64,000 nucleotides of DNA from positions 32,001-96,000 of the forward strand of contig DASCPX010000137.1 in NCBI GenBank assembly GCA_036012755.1. The letters run 5' to 3'. Positions 26,227 to 35,396 of the stretch are shown piece by piece. This stretch comes from Myxococcota bacterium. Its GTDB lineage: Bacteria > Myxococcota_A > UBA796 > CAJQPC01. Made by a program: the position numbers and the translations under genes. The notes beneath the pieces were generated by a model. It made no database searches and was not told the origin of the DNA. It worked only from the letters and a program-made list of their open reading frames with translations. Position 1 is the stretch's first letter, and each line of letters starts with the position of its first letter.

Positions 26227-27362
26227 CTACAGGCAGTCGCCGTCGAGGTACTCGAAGCTGACGGTGCCGGCCATGTCCTCGCAGCCGTGGATGAGCCCGA
26301 CGTCGTTGTCGCTCGCCTCAAGGTCCTCGACGACGAGGTGGGCGTCGTAGGTTAGCACGATGGCCGTCCCGAACTCCAAGCCGTCGGGGGAGCGGCTGCC
26401 CGTCACGGAGCCGCCGGAGATCGCCATCTCCCCGCCCTCGCGCGCGGCGAGCTCGTAGGTCGCGCCGAATGACGCCGTGTTGTCTTCGGCGTCGACGTCC
26501 TCGAGCCGCACGACGCCCTCCCCGTCGGTGACGTACAGCCAGATGGCGCCGCCAGAGCTGGCCTCGTTGCCGACGAAGCTCGAGCGCACCAGCTCGACGG
26601 TGAAGTCTCGAGCGAGGTCGAAGAGCGCGAGCCCACCCCCGGTGCCGCCCTGGTTGCCCTCGAAGCGGCTGTCTTCGATGAGCACGCGCTCTGCGTCCTC
26701 GACGCGCAGGCCTCCGCCCTGGGTGGACCCCTCCCCGCTGTCGAGGAAGGCCGAGCTGCGCACGGTCACCTCTCCGGGGGTCTCGATGGACAGCCCGCTG
26801 GCGTCGCCCTGCTGGCCCGGGCCCGGCCGGAAGGTGCAGCCCTCCACCAGCACGACGGCGTCGCCGTGGGTGGCCGCGATCGTGGCCCCCTGGTCGCTCT
26901 CCACGACGAGGTTGCGCAGGGTCACACCGTCCTCGCCCCGCTGGGCATCGAGGGGGGACTCGCCCGCCTCCGCGCCGAGCGTGACGTCCGGCAGGCCGGT
27001 CACCGTCTCGATCACCAGGTCGCCGTCGTGGCGCGTCCCGAAGGAGATGGGCTCCGAGTAGCTGCCCGTGCAGATGCGCAGTCGCCCCCCAGCAGCACGG
27101 CCTCGGCGGCCTCTGTGAGCGAGTCGTACTGGACGTCGCCGACCCAGGCCACGCCGCCGGGGAGGTCCTCGTCCCCCGAGCAGTCGTCATCGATCCCGTT
27201 GCAGCCGATCTCCGCCTGGCCCGGGTTGACCCCTGCGTCCTCGTCGTCGCAGTCGCAGGGTTGTTCTGCCTCCTCGCAGGGGGCGTAGCCGTCGCCGTCG
27301 GCGTCGGTGATCGGGTCCTCGCCGAGGGGTCCGCCAGAGCACCCGAGCAGGATCATGAACAC
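26227..27362 (-). pseudogene. MopE-repeat plus beta-helix lipoprotein, frameshifted at a G6 run (27085-27090)
   Basis: Adding one G joins ...EAVLLGG to RLRICTGSYSEPI...IETVTG in a single frame. Confidence 0.75.
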
Positions 27363-27411
27363 TGGAGCTCTCCTTTGGCGGGCCACATCGTAGCGAAGCC
27401 AGGAGATCGGC

Positions 27412-28020
27412 TCAGAGGAAGCGCTCGATCTCGCGGCGGAACTCGACCTGGTCCACCAGGTTCGTCAGGTAGTCGAGGCGTCCACCCTCCCAGACGAGCA
27501 CCGGCGAGGCCGTGTAGCCGGCGATCCACTCCTCGTAGAGGTCGTTGAGGCGGCGGATGTAGCGGGTCGGGATCTTCTGCTCGCTGGGGCGCCCCCGCTT
27601 CTTGATGCGCTTCTTGATGCCGCGAACGTCGCACTGCAGGTAGATCAAGAGGTCCGGGGGTTGCAGCGCCGCCCGCATGGAGTCGTAGAGCTCCATGTAG
27701 GTGCCGTAGTCGCGCTTGTTGATGAAGCGGCCGCGGTGGAGGTTGGTCGCGAAGATCTCTGCGTCCTCGTAGATCGTGCGGTCCATCACGAAGGCGCCGC
27801 CCTTGTCCGAGAGCTCCAGGTGCAGGCGGAACTTGTGGGTCAGGAAGTAGAGCTGGCTGTGGAAGGCCCAGGACTTCATGTCGGCGTAGAAGTCGTCGAG
27901 GTATGGGTTCGTGGCGAAGGGCTCGTAGACCGGATCGAACTCGTACCTGGAGCAGAGGAACTGGGTCAGCGAGGTCTTTCCGGCGCCGATGTTGCCGGCG
28001 ATCGCCAGGAACTTCTTCAT
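27412..28020 (-). CDS. Deoxynucleoside kinase
   Basis: IAGNIGAGKTS, EP, DRTIYED, PDLLIYL, RGR motifs. Confidence 0.95.
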   Translation of the reverse strand: MKKFLAIAGNIGAGKTSLTQFLCSRYEFDPVYEPFATNPYLDDFYADMKSWAFHSQLYFLTHKFRLHLELSDKGGAFVMDRTIYEDAEIFATNLHRGRFINKRDYGTYMELYDSMRAALQPPDLLIYLQCDVRGIKKRIKKRGRPSEQKIPTRYIRRLNDLYEEWIAGYTASPVLVWEGGRLDYLTNLVDQVEFRREIERFL

Positions 28021-30500
28021 TCCAGGGAGCGCTGCCCGAGGTTCCCGTAGCTGTCGGTGAGCGTCACGGTCGTGGCGCCGCCGGGCACATCTGCCGGGAT
28101 CCAGGCCTTGCCGCCGCTGACCGTGTCGACCTCGACCGTGCTGCTGTCGCCTGTGTCGAAGCTGACCTCGACCTCTCCGCCGAGCGGGTTCGCGCCGGTG
28201 CTCGTGCCATCGATGTCCACCAGGCGCCAGCCCTCCGCGGGGCCATCGATCCAGGCCCAGAAGCCGCCGTCCGCCTCCTCGATCTGGATCTCGGCCACGG
28301 TGACCTCGAAGACGTCGCTGGTCATCTCGTAGGGGCCCGAGCTCCACGGCCAGCGCTCCTCCATGCCGGTCCAGACCTCGCCCTCGACGGCCAGCCGATA
28401 GTCCCCGGCTTCGAGGCCCATGCGGTCATGGTAGTGGCCGACAGCCTGCCAGGCGGCCCACCACATGTGGTCCTGGTCGACGTCCACCGGGTAGAGCGGG
28501 TCCGGGGTCCAGGCCAGGAGGATGTCGTGGCCGGACTCGTCGATGAGGCGGCCCGACAGGGAGGTCACGTCGACCCAGTCGCTGCCTTCCAGTCGCTGGA
28601 GCCGCACGCTGGGAAGGTCCACCGCGGGGTCGCCGCCCTGCCAGGCGAGCTGGACGACGCAGCTCACGCGCGGGCAGCGCTCTGGCACGTCGAGGTCGAG
28701 CTCGAAGCCCGGAGGCAGCCAGAAGTCCTCTGGCACCTCGGTGAGCAGGGTGCCGGCCGAGGGGGTCGTGTCAGGAGTGAACTCGGCGAGCGCCTTGTCC
28801 TCGTACTCGGTGGGCGCCCACCAGCCGAGGGGGTCCGGATCCTCGCGCTCTGGAGTCAGGAGCACGTCCTCGGCCAGCTGCAGCGCCCCCTCCATCACGT
28901 GCTCGCCCTGGAGCGGGCCCCAGAGGTTGATGTTGGGCTCGTAGCCGCCGACGAGCCAGTCCTCTGGGATGAGGAAGTAGCCCTCGTGGTCCTGGGCGTA
29001 GCCGATGAGGCCGGGGATCTCGATTCCGAGCTCGTCGACGGCGCGTCTCCGCCACTGCTCGGTGAACATGCTGGCGGGCTCGGCGGGGAAGGTGCCGATG
29101 AGCAGCGTCGTGTCGCTGACGGCGCCGCTGGTCCCCCGCACGGGCATGCCGTCGATGGCGATGCCGGTCGTGCCGGCCTTCATGGACTCGACCATCGGGA
29201 GCTCGAACTCCTCGACGATCATGCCGAAGGTGCCGCTGATCAAGCCGGACAGGAGCCCGATGTCCATGCAGGAGGTGTAGGGGTAGACGTCCGCTTGGGT
29301 CTCGACCTTGAGCAGCGGGTCCTCCGAGCCGCAGAAGGCCGCGCCGAACTCGAAGACCGCGAACTCGTCGAAGGGGGAGCTGAGGCTGCCGTCGTCTGCG
29401 TAGATCTCGTCGTCGGCCTGGTAGCCCTCCTCGAAGGGCGGGTAGTACCAGTCGACCGTGCCGTCCCGGGTGACGCGGATGTCGTCCCGGTGGCTGGGGA
29501 TGTGGCGGGAGGCGACCTCCAGGTCGATGTCGTCGCTGGTGGTCGGCGTCTCCTCCCAGCCGTCCATCAGCGCATCGACCGCGTAGACGCCGATGGTCTC
29601 GGTCCTGGCGAGGTCGTCGTCCGAGCCGGCAGGGCTGGCATCTCCGCCCGCGCCCTGGAGATGCATGACGACCACGTCCGGGTCGTCGAACTGCTCCTCC
29701 AGCGCCACCTCGACGCCGCCGGTGGAGTCGTGCGACCACATCGAGCTGTCGCCGCCGAGGATGGTGCCGTGCATGCCGAAGACCACCGCCATGGCCAGCG
29801 GGTCCCCCGCGGCGTTGTCGACCCGCAGGATGAGCGCGTGCTGGTCCTTGCTGCGGCCGATCTCCTGGTCCTCCCACACCTGGAGCGTGTCGTTCTCTTC
29901 GCGCCGGTCCCGATAGACCCGGTCGTCGGGGTCCCACTCGTAGAGCCAGTTGGCCCCGATGGCCGCTGGCTCCTTGCGATCGTGAGCCAACAGCGCCGCC
30001 TCGGTCATGCCGGCGGCGTAGCGCTCGAAGACCTCGCGGTTGTACATGTCTCCGCCCAGGTAGAAGTGGACCTGGTCGGAGAAGTTCGCCGGCATCGCGT
30101 GGGAGTGGGAGGCCGCGAGCACGACCTTGCCGGAGAGATTCCGCCCGAGCTCTTCGGAGAGCCTCCGCTCGATCTCGCTCACGAGCCCGTCGTAGCTGTA
30201 GATGGCGTCGAACTTGAGCAGGACGAGAACGTCGTCGCCGTTGTCGAGCCAGATGGCCTTGACCTTGGGTCGCGTGTGGAGCCCGGCGGACTGGGCGAAG
30301 GCGACCGTGTAGGGCGACAGGCGCTTGTCGGGCTTGGACTCGTGGCCGAGGATCTTGCAGCGGCTCGAGTAGCCACCCATCGGGGCGCCCATCGGGGCGT
30401 CGAGCACCACCTCGGCGGCTCCTGCCTCCGGCGGTCCGGGCACCTTGTCGGGATGGTTGTACGTGGGCTTGCCACACGCGAGCGACAGGGCGAGCAGCAT
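28017..30500 (-). CDS. Neutral/alkaline ceramidase-like lipoprotein
   Basis: GAPMGGY, ASHSHA, FGMHGT, QGAGGDASP, GYAQDHEGY motifs. Confidence 0.85.
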   Translation of the reverse strand: MLLALSLACGKPTYNHPDKVPGPPEAGAAEVVLDAPMGAPMGGYSSRCKILGHESKPDKRLSPYTVAFAQSAGLHTRPKVKAIWLDNGDDVLVLLKFDAIYSYDGLVSEIERRLSEELGRNLSGKVVLAASHSHAMPANFSDQVHFYLGGDMYNREVFERYAAGMTEAALLAHDRKEPAAIGANWLYEWDPDDRVYRDRREENDTLQVWEDQEIGRSKDQHALILRVDNAAGDPLAMAVVFGMHGTILGGDSSMWSHDSTGGVEVALEEQFDDPDVVVMHLQGAGGDASPAGSDDDLARTETIGVYAVDALMDGWEETPTTSDDIDLEVASRHIPSHRDDIRVTRDGTVDWYYPPFEEGYQADDEIYADDGSLSSPFDEFAVFEFGAAFCGSEDPLLKVETQADVYPYTSCMDIGLLSGLISGTFGMIVEEFELPMVESMKAGTTGIAIDGMPVRGTSGAVSDTTLLIGTFPAEPASMFTEQWRRRAVDELGIEIPGLIGYAQDHEGYFLIPEDWLVGGYEPNINLWGPLQGEHVMEGALQLAEDVLLTPEREDPDPLGWWAPTEYEDKALAEFTPDTTPSAGTLLTEVPEDFWLPPGFELDLDVPERCPRVSCVVQLAWQGGDPAVDLPSVRLQRLEGSDWVDVTSLSGRLIDESGHDILLAWTPDPLYPVDVDQDHMWWAAWQAVGHYHDRMGLEAGDYRLAVEGEVWTGMEERWPWSSGPYEMTSDVFEVTVAEIQIEEADGGFWAWIDGPAEGWRLVDIDGTSTGANPLGGEVEVSFDTGDSSTVEVDTVSGGKAWIPADVPGGATTVTLTDSYGNLGQRSLE

Positions 30501-30577
30501 GGGACCTCCGGGCCGTGGAAGATAACGGCTCTCGGCGCTACCTCGTCGGTGGCAATGATGATGGGAGGAGCAGCACC

Positions 30578-30649
30578 ATGCGAACTGCCCTCAACGCTGC
30601 CCTCCTGCGCTCGAAGCCCGGCAACGCGCGGGAGCGGGTGATCCGTTGA
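30578..30649 (+). CDS. Putative 23-aa leader peptide (MRTALNAALLRSKPGNARERVIR)
   Basis: GGAGGA RBS; TGA overlaps the TTG start of the DTW gene. Confidence 0.4.
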   Translation: MRTALNAALLRSKPGNARERVIR

Positions 30650-31206
30650 GCGGAAGGCACACCACCGGCGTCGACTCTCGCTGCAGCGGCTGTGGCCTCG
30701 TCCCGCGTCTTTGCCTGTGCGCGGAGGTGCGGTCGGTCCACAACGAACTGCCGGTCATCGTCGTCCGCCACGTCCGTGAGCGCACCCGCGGCTCGAACAC
30801 CGGGCGGCTGGTGCTGCTCACCCTGGAAAACGCCGAGCTCGTCGAGATCGGCGCTCCAGACGCTCCCCCGGTGGACCCCACCCGCTTCGAGGGCATGGGG
30901 GTCCTGTGGCCCGACGGCCCGGCCTCTGTCGAGGACGTCTCGGGGCTGGTGGTCGTCGATGCCACCTGGCGCCAAGCCTACAAGATGCGCTTGCGCGTCC
31001 CCGGCCTTGCCGCCTTGCCGCGGGTAGGGCTCGTCGGTGGAGAGCGCCCCCGCATGCGCAGGCAGAACGCTCCCGGACGCATGGCCACCGCAGAGGCCGT
31101 CGCCATGGCCCTGGGCTGCGAGGAGCTCGAGCGGGTCTTCGCCATGCACGTCGAGCGCATGGCGCGCTCCCGGGGGAAGGGCGGTCGCGGGGCGACCGAG
31201 CGCTGA
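30646..31206 (+). CDS. DTW-domain protein (tRNA-uridine aminocarboxypropyltransferase family)
   Basis: CxxC...CLC, HxxE..R.SNTG, DATW, TAEA motifs. Confidence 0.9.
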   Translation: MSGRHTTGVDSRCSGCGLVPRLCLCAEVRSVHNELPVIVVRHVRERTRGSNTGRLVLLTLENAELVEIGAPDAPPVDPTRFEGMGVLWPDGPASVEDVSGLVVVDATWRQAYKMRLRVPGLAALPRVGLVGGERPRMRRQNAPGRMATAEAVAMALGCEELERVFAMHVERMARSRGKGGRGATER

Positions 31207-31208
31207 CT

Positions 31209-31318
31209 CTCGCGTCGCGGGCTGTCGTGCCTGTGGCACTCTCTGGGCAGGAGGCGGGATGCTCCAGTCGCCGTGCAGAACCCTCCGCTGAAGAGGGACT
31301 GAGCCGCAGCGACGCGAG
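31209..31318. ncRNA. Candidate structured RNA or palindromic element of unknown family
   Basis: 10-bp terminal stem enclosing three hairpins, in an intergenic region. Confidence 0.35.
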
Positions 31319-31364
31319 CCCGCTGCGTTCGTGCCTTGGCGGTAGTCTGGGGACGGAGGTCCCC

Positions 31365-34300
31365 GTCCTCGCTCTCTTCGCCCTCGCCTTTGCCGAGCCC
31401 GCTCCCAGCGTGGAGCGAGGGCTCTACGACGAGCCGTTTCCCGTCGAAGCCGAGGGCGACCTGCTCTACAGCACGGACGGCTCGACGCCGAGCCTGACCT
31501 GGCCGGGCTCGCTGGAGGTCGAGGGCACAACCACCCTGAGGCTCCAGGATCCAGCCGAGGACCTCGTCGTCACCCACACCTACCTCTTCATCGAGGACAT
31601 CCTCCCCACCCTGGACGCCGGCGTCGTCGACGACGCGGAGTACGGCCCGGCCATCGAGCGCACCCTCCGCGAGCTGCCGACCATCGTCCTGACCCACTCC
31701 TCGGCCCTGTCGCTGACCGAGCAGGAGGCGGCGTTCGAGTGGATCGACGGCGTCGAGGACACCCAGATCGACTGCGGCCTGCGCATCGTCGGTGGCCACT
31801 CGATCTACTACGAGAAGAACAGCTTCCGGCTGAACTTCCGCTCCGAGTACGGCAGCTCCAGGCTGCGCCTCGACCTGTACCAGGACTTCGCCACCGGCGT
31901 GCCCCCTGCGGACGACTTCGACGCGCTCACCCTGCGCTCCGGCAGCCACGACTCGGTCTTCTACCTCGGCGCCAGGGGCCAGTACCTGCGCAACCGCTGG
32001 ATGGACGAGAGCCAGCTCGAGATGGGCCACATCGCCCCCCACGGCCGCTACGCCCACCTCTACACCAACGGGGCCTACCACGGGCTCTACCACGTACGGG
32101 AGCGCTTCAGCGCCGCCATGCTCGCCGAGTACCTCGGCGGCGACGAGGACGACTACGAAGCGGTCAACTCCGGCACGGTGATCGACGGCTCGGGGGAGGC
32201 CTGGGCCCAGGCTCTTGCCAACGGCTACGACTTCGAGGCCATCGGGCAGTGGGTCAACCTCGAGAACTTCCTCGACTACATGATCCTCAACTTCTACGCC
32301 GGCAACGCCTGGGACTGGTCGGCCTGGCACAACTGGATGGCCGCCGGCCACAGCCAGACCGGGGGCTACCTCTTCCACAGCTCCGACTCGGACATCTGCC
32401 TCGTCTACGACCACACCATCGACATCCTCAGCAATCCAGGTCCCGGCAACCTCTTCTCCACGCTCATGAGCCAGGGCGACGAGGACTTCCTCGTCCTGCT
32501 GTCCGACCGGCTCCATTCCCACCTCGTCGCCGAGGACGGCGTCCTGCTCCCCGACGCAGCCGCCGAGCGCTACAGCCGCCTGGCCGTGCAGATCGAGGAC
32601 GCCGTCGTCGCCGAGTCCGCCCGCTGGGGTGCCGGCTGGTGGACCCGGGACGACTACTGGGTCATCGAGCGGGACGCCCTGCTGTCCGACTACTTCCCAC
32701 AGCGCACCGACTCCCTGCTGGACCAGGTCCGCACCGCGGGCTGGCTGAGGCTCCCGGCTCCGGTCTTCACGATCACAGGAGACCACGTGCTCGTCGAACC
32801 CGTCGACGAAGCGGAGCTCTGGGTCACCCTCGACGGCAGCGATCCGCGCCTGTCCGATGACGCCCTCGGCCCGGACGTCTTCGAGGCCACCGTGGAGTAC
32901 ACGACCCTGGTCTCCGGGCGGCTCTACGACGGGAGCTGGGGGCCGATCGAGACCCGGCTCGTCGAGGTCGACACCGCCCCGCCGGTGCTGCTCAACGAGT
33001 GGAACACGGTCGAGGTGGACGAGTGGCTGGAGGGAGGCGACAGCAGCCTGGGGGAGCTCGAGGGCAACGGCGGGGACTGGCTCGAGTTGCTCGTGGTCCA
33101 GGACCTCGACATGAGGGGCTGGCGGCTGGAGCTCGAGGACCGCTCCGGGACGCTCAGCCCCATCGAGCTCGATCACGCGGTGCTCGCGGATGTGCGCGCC
33201 GGCACGCTCATCACCATCGCAGAGGGCCTCCCAGAGGACCTCTCCTATGCCCCCGAGGTTGGCGACTGGCGCTTCCACGTCCAGGACGAGGAGCTCGACG
33301 TCAGCCACCGTGAGTGGACCCTGACTGCCTGGGACGACCAGGGCCGCGTCCGCCTGGGACCGGTGGGCGAGGGCATCACGCTGGACGGTCTAGGCTCCGA
33401 CGAGGTCGGCCTGTACGCAGACGGCGAGCACATCACCGCCAGGGCTTCGAGCTACGGCGCGCCGAATGTCTGGGAAGGCGGCAGCCAGGATCTCTCTGCG
33501 CTCCGCGGCGAAGAGGGTCGGGTCGGGCCCGAGCGCGAGGTCTCGGAGCGGGTTCCTCCGGAGCCGGTGGGCTGTGCGGGGGGGCTCTTGCCGGTCCTGC
33601 TGTTGTTGGCCTGCGCAGGTGAGACCGCCCGCCGGGACAGCGCCCCGGCCTGCTTCGAGGACGAAGACGGGGACGGCTACGGCTCCGGCGTGCCGACGGC
33701 CTGCCCGACCGGGGTGCCCAACGAGCTCGACTGTGACGACCAGGACGCCCGGATCCACCCCTCCGCCTACGAGGTCTGCAACGGCGTCGACGACGACTGC
33801 GACGAGCTCGTGGACGACGACGACGAGGTCGTCGACGGCCTGCCCTTCTACGCCGATGGTGACGGTGACGGCTACGGCGGCGAGGAGATCCTGACCCTCT
33901 GCTCCGCCGAGGCCGGAGGAGCCCTGAGTCCAGAGGACTGCGACGACGACGACCCCACGGTCCACCCGGGCGCAGAGGAGTTCTGCGACGGCGTCGACCG
34001 TGACTGCGACGGCGAGGCTGGGGACAAGCCCGGCGCCACGGCCAGCTGCGCGGCCGAGAGCTGCCTGGCGCTGTTGACCGCCGAGCCAGATCTGCCAGAT
34101 GGCGCCTGGTGGATCGCCCTGGAGTCAGAGCCGACGGAGCTCTACTGCGACATGACCGGTGGGGGCTGGACGCTGGGCTTCCTGCGCAGCTCCGCGGCGA
34201 CCGGCAGCCACGGGGGCTTCGGCGGCTCGGACGACAACGCCGATCAGCTCGACCTCTCTCCGGCCGAGGCCAGCTCCTCGAGCGGTGGTCGGCGCGGCTG

Positions 34301-34700
34301 GATCGACCTCAACGCCCTTGCGTGGACCGAGCTGCAGGTCACGGCCTACCTCTCCGGCGCCGAGAGCTACCGCTCGGAGACCATCCTGCGCGAGGACCTC
34401 CGCATCGACTTCGGCGAGGATGGCTACCTGCTCTACGGGGATCCCTACTACTGGTGCGGAGGCGCGGCCTCCTACACGGACTCCGGCGTCGGCGCCGTCA
34501 ACAACCCAGAGGGCGCCTACGCCGACTGCAAGGGCCACGGCTCCCTGGGCTCCGGCTGGGACTTCTCGGAGACCGACTACGGCAACACCGGGCTCACGCT
34601 CTGCGGCTCGGACGGCTCGAACTTCATGGCGGGGACATGGGGTGGCAGCTGGACCTACTACGGCACAGCCGGCGCCGCTCAGGCCCTCTGGGTGCGCTGA
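31365..34700 (+). CDS. CotH kinase-family protein with lamin-tail-like, MopE-repeat and fibrinogen-like (YCDMxxGGW) domains; start uncertain
   Basis: KNSFRLNF, NGAYHGLY..RER, NLENFLDY, D.D motifs; LLNEW; YCDMTGGGWTL. Confidence 0.85.
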   Translation, partial: VLALFALAFAEPAPSVERGLYDEPFPVEAEGDLLYSTDGSTPSLTWPGSLEVEGTTTLRLQDPAEDLVVTHTYLFIEDILPTLDAGVVDDAEYGPAIERTLRELPTIVLTHSSALSLTEQEAAFEWIDGVEDTQIDCGLRIVGGHSIYYEKNSFRLNFRSEYGSSRLRLDLYQDFATGVPPADDFDALTLRSGSHDSVFYLGARGQYLRNRWMDESQLEMGHIAPHGRYAHLYTNGAYHGLYHVRERFSAAMLAEYLGGDEDDYEAVNSGTVIDGSGEAWAQALANGYDFEAIGQWVNLENFLDYMILNFYAGNAWDWSAWHNWMAAGHSQTGGYLFHSSDSDICLVYDHTIDILSNPGPGNLFSTLMSQGDEDFLVLLSDRLHSHLVAEDGVLLPDAAAERYSRLAVQIEDAVVAESARWGAGWWTRDDYWVIERDALLSDYFPQRTDSLLDQVRTAGWLRLPAPVFTITGDHVLVEPVDEAELWVTLDGSDPRLSDDALGPDVFEATVEYTTLVSGRLYDGSWGPIETRLVEVDTAPPVLLNEWNTVEVDEWLEGGDSSLGELEGNGGDWLELLVVQDLDMRGWRLELEDRSGTLSPIELDHAVLADVRAGTLITIAEGLPEDLSYAPEVGDWRFHVQDEELDVSHREWTLTAWDDQGRVRLGPVGEGITLDGLGSDEVGLYADGEHITARASSYGAPNVWEGGSQDLSALRGEEGRVGPEREVSERVPPEPVGCAGGLLPVLLLLACAGETARRDSAPACFEDEDGDGYGSGVPTACPTGVPNELDCDDQDARIHPSAYEVCNGVDDDCDELVDDDDEVVDGLPFYADGDGDGYGGEEILTLCSAEAGGALSPEDCDDDDPTVHPGAEEFCDGVDRDCDGEAGDKPGATASCAAESCLALLTAEPDLPDGAWWIALESEPTELYCDMTGGGWTLGFLRSSAATGSHGGFGGSDDNADQLDLSPAEASSSSGGRRGWIDLNALAWTELQVTAYLSGAESYRSETILREDLRIDFGEDGYLLYGDPYYWCGGAASYTDSGVGAVNNPEGAYADCKGHGSLGSGWDFSETDYGNTGLTLCGSDGSNFMAGTWGGSWTYYGTAGAAQALWVR

Positions 34701-35392
34701 AGCTCCTGACGCCAGCCGGTGGCGAGGTCCTCTACCCAAGCGAACTCGAGGTCCTCGACGAAGCCGACGCGGGGTGAGCCCCAGGGCTCGCCGAGGCCTC
34801 CGGCGTTGAGACAGAGGCACTCCTCCAGCATCACGACGCCGGGGGACTCGTGGATGTGGCCGCAGACGAGCACGCCACGGTGGCGCTCGGCCAGCTCACG
34901 GATCGCCCAGGATCCAACGTGCTCGTTGCGATGTGGCACCAGATCAAGCGGGGTGTTCGCGGGGGGCGCGTGACAGAGGAGCACGTCACAGTCGGGGATC
35001 ACGCGCTGGCGGATGTGGTTGTCCTCCCACTCGTAGGGGAAGCCGAAGCGGTCCGGTCCGGCGCCGCCGATGCCCGCGATGCGCAGGCCGCCGATCTCGC
35101 CGAGACCGGTCTCGACGTTTCCTCGTCCAGCCACCCCCCTGACGTCGTGGTTGCCGGGCACCCAAAAAAGCGGCACGCCGAGCTTGCGGATCTCGTCGAG
35201 GACCGCATCGACGCTCCGCTGGTACTCGGCGACCAGCTCCGGGTGGCGGTCTGGAGAGCGCCTCCCGAGGGCGTATCCGCCGATGTCGCCGACCTGCAGG
35301 ACGCCATCGCAGCCGAGGGCGTCGATGTGCGCCAGAACCCGGCGCAGCCGCTCCATGTGGTGATGCACGTCACCGATGACGGCCAGCCTCAT
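34679..35392 (-). CDS. Metallophosphoesterase
   Basis: GDVH, GD, GNHD, HAPP, CGHIHE motifs. Confidence 0.92.
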   Translation of the reverse strand: MRLAVIGDVHHHMERLRRVLAHIDALGCDGVLQVGDIGGYALGRRSPDRHPELVAEYQRSVDAVLDEIRKLGVPLFWVPGNHDVRGVAGRGNVETGLGEIGGLRIAGIGGAGPDRFGFPYEWEDNHIRQRVIPDCDVLLCHAPPANTPLDLVPHRNEHVGSWAIRELAERHRGVLVCGHIHESPGVVMLEECLCLNAGGLGEPWGSPRVGFVEDLEFAWVEDLATGWRQELQRTQRA

Positions 35393-35396
35393 GCGC

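Noticed and set aside
30550..30600. Fluoride riboswitch (GGCAATGATG start)
   Set aside because: The complementary stem and downstream conserved pseudoknot segment are absent
31209..31318. tRNA-Sec (selC) or glycine riboswitch
   Set aside because: No valid T-arm or anticodon stem around the CTTCA, no CCA end, and glycine aptamer motifs are not in the right order
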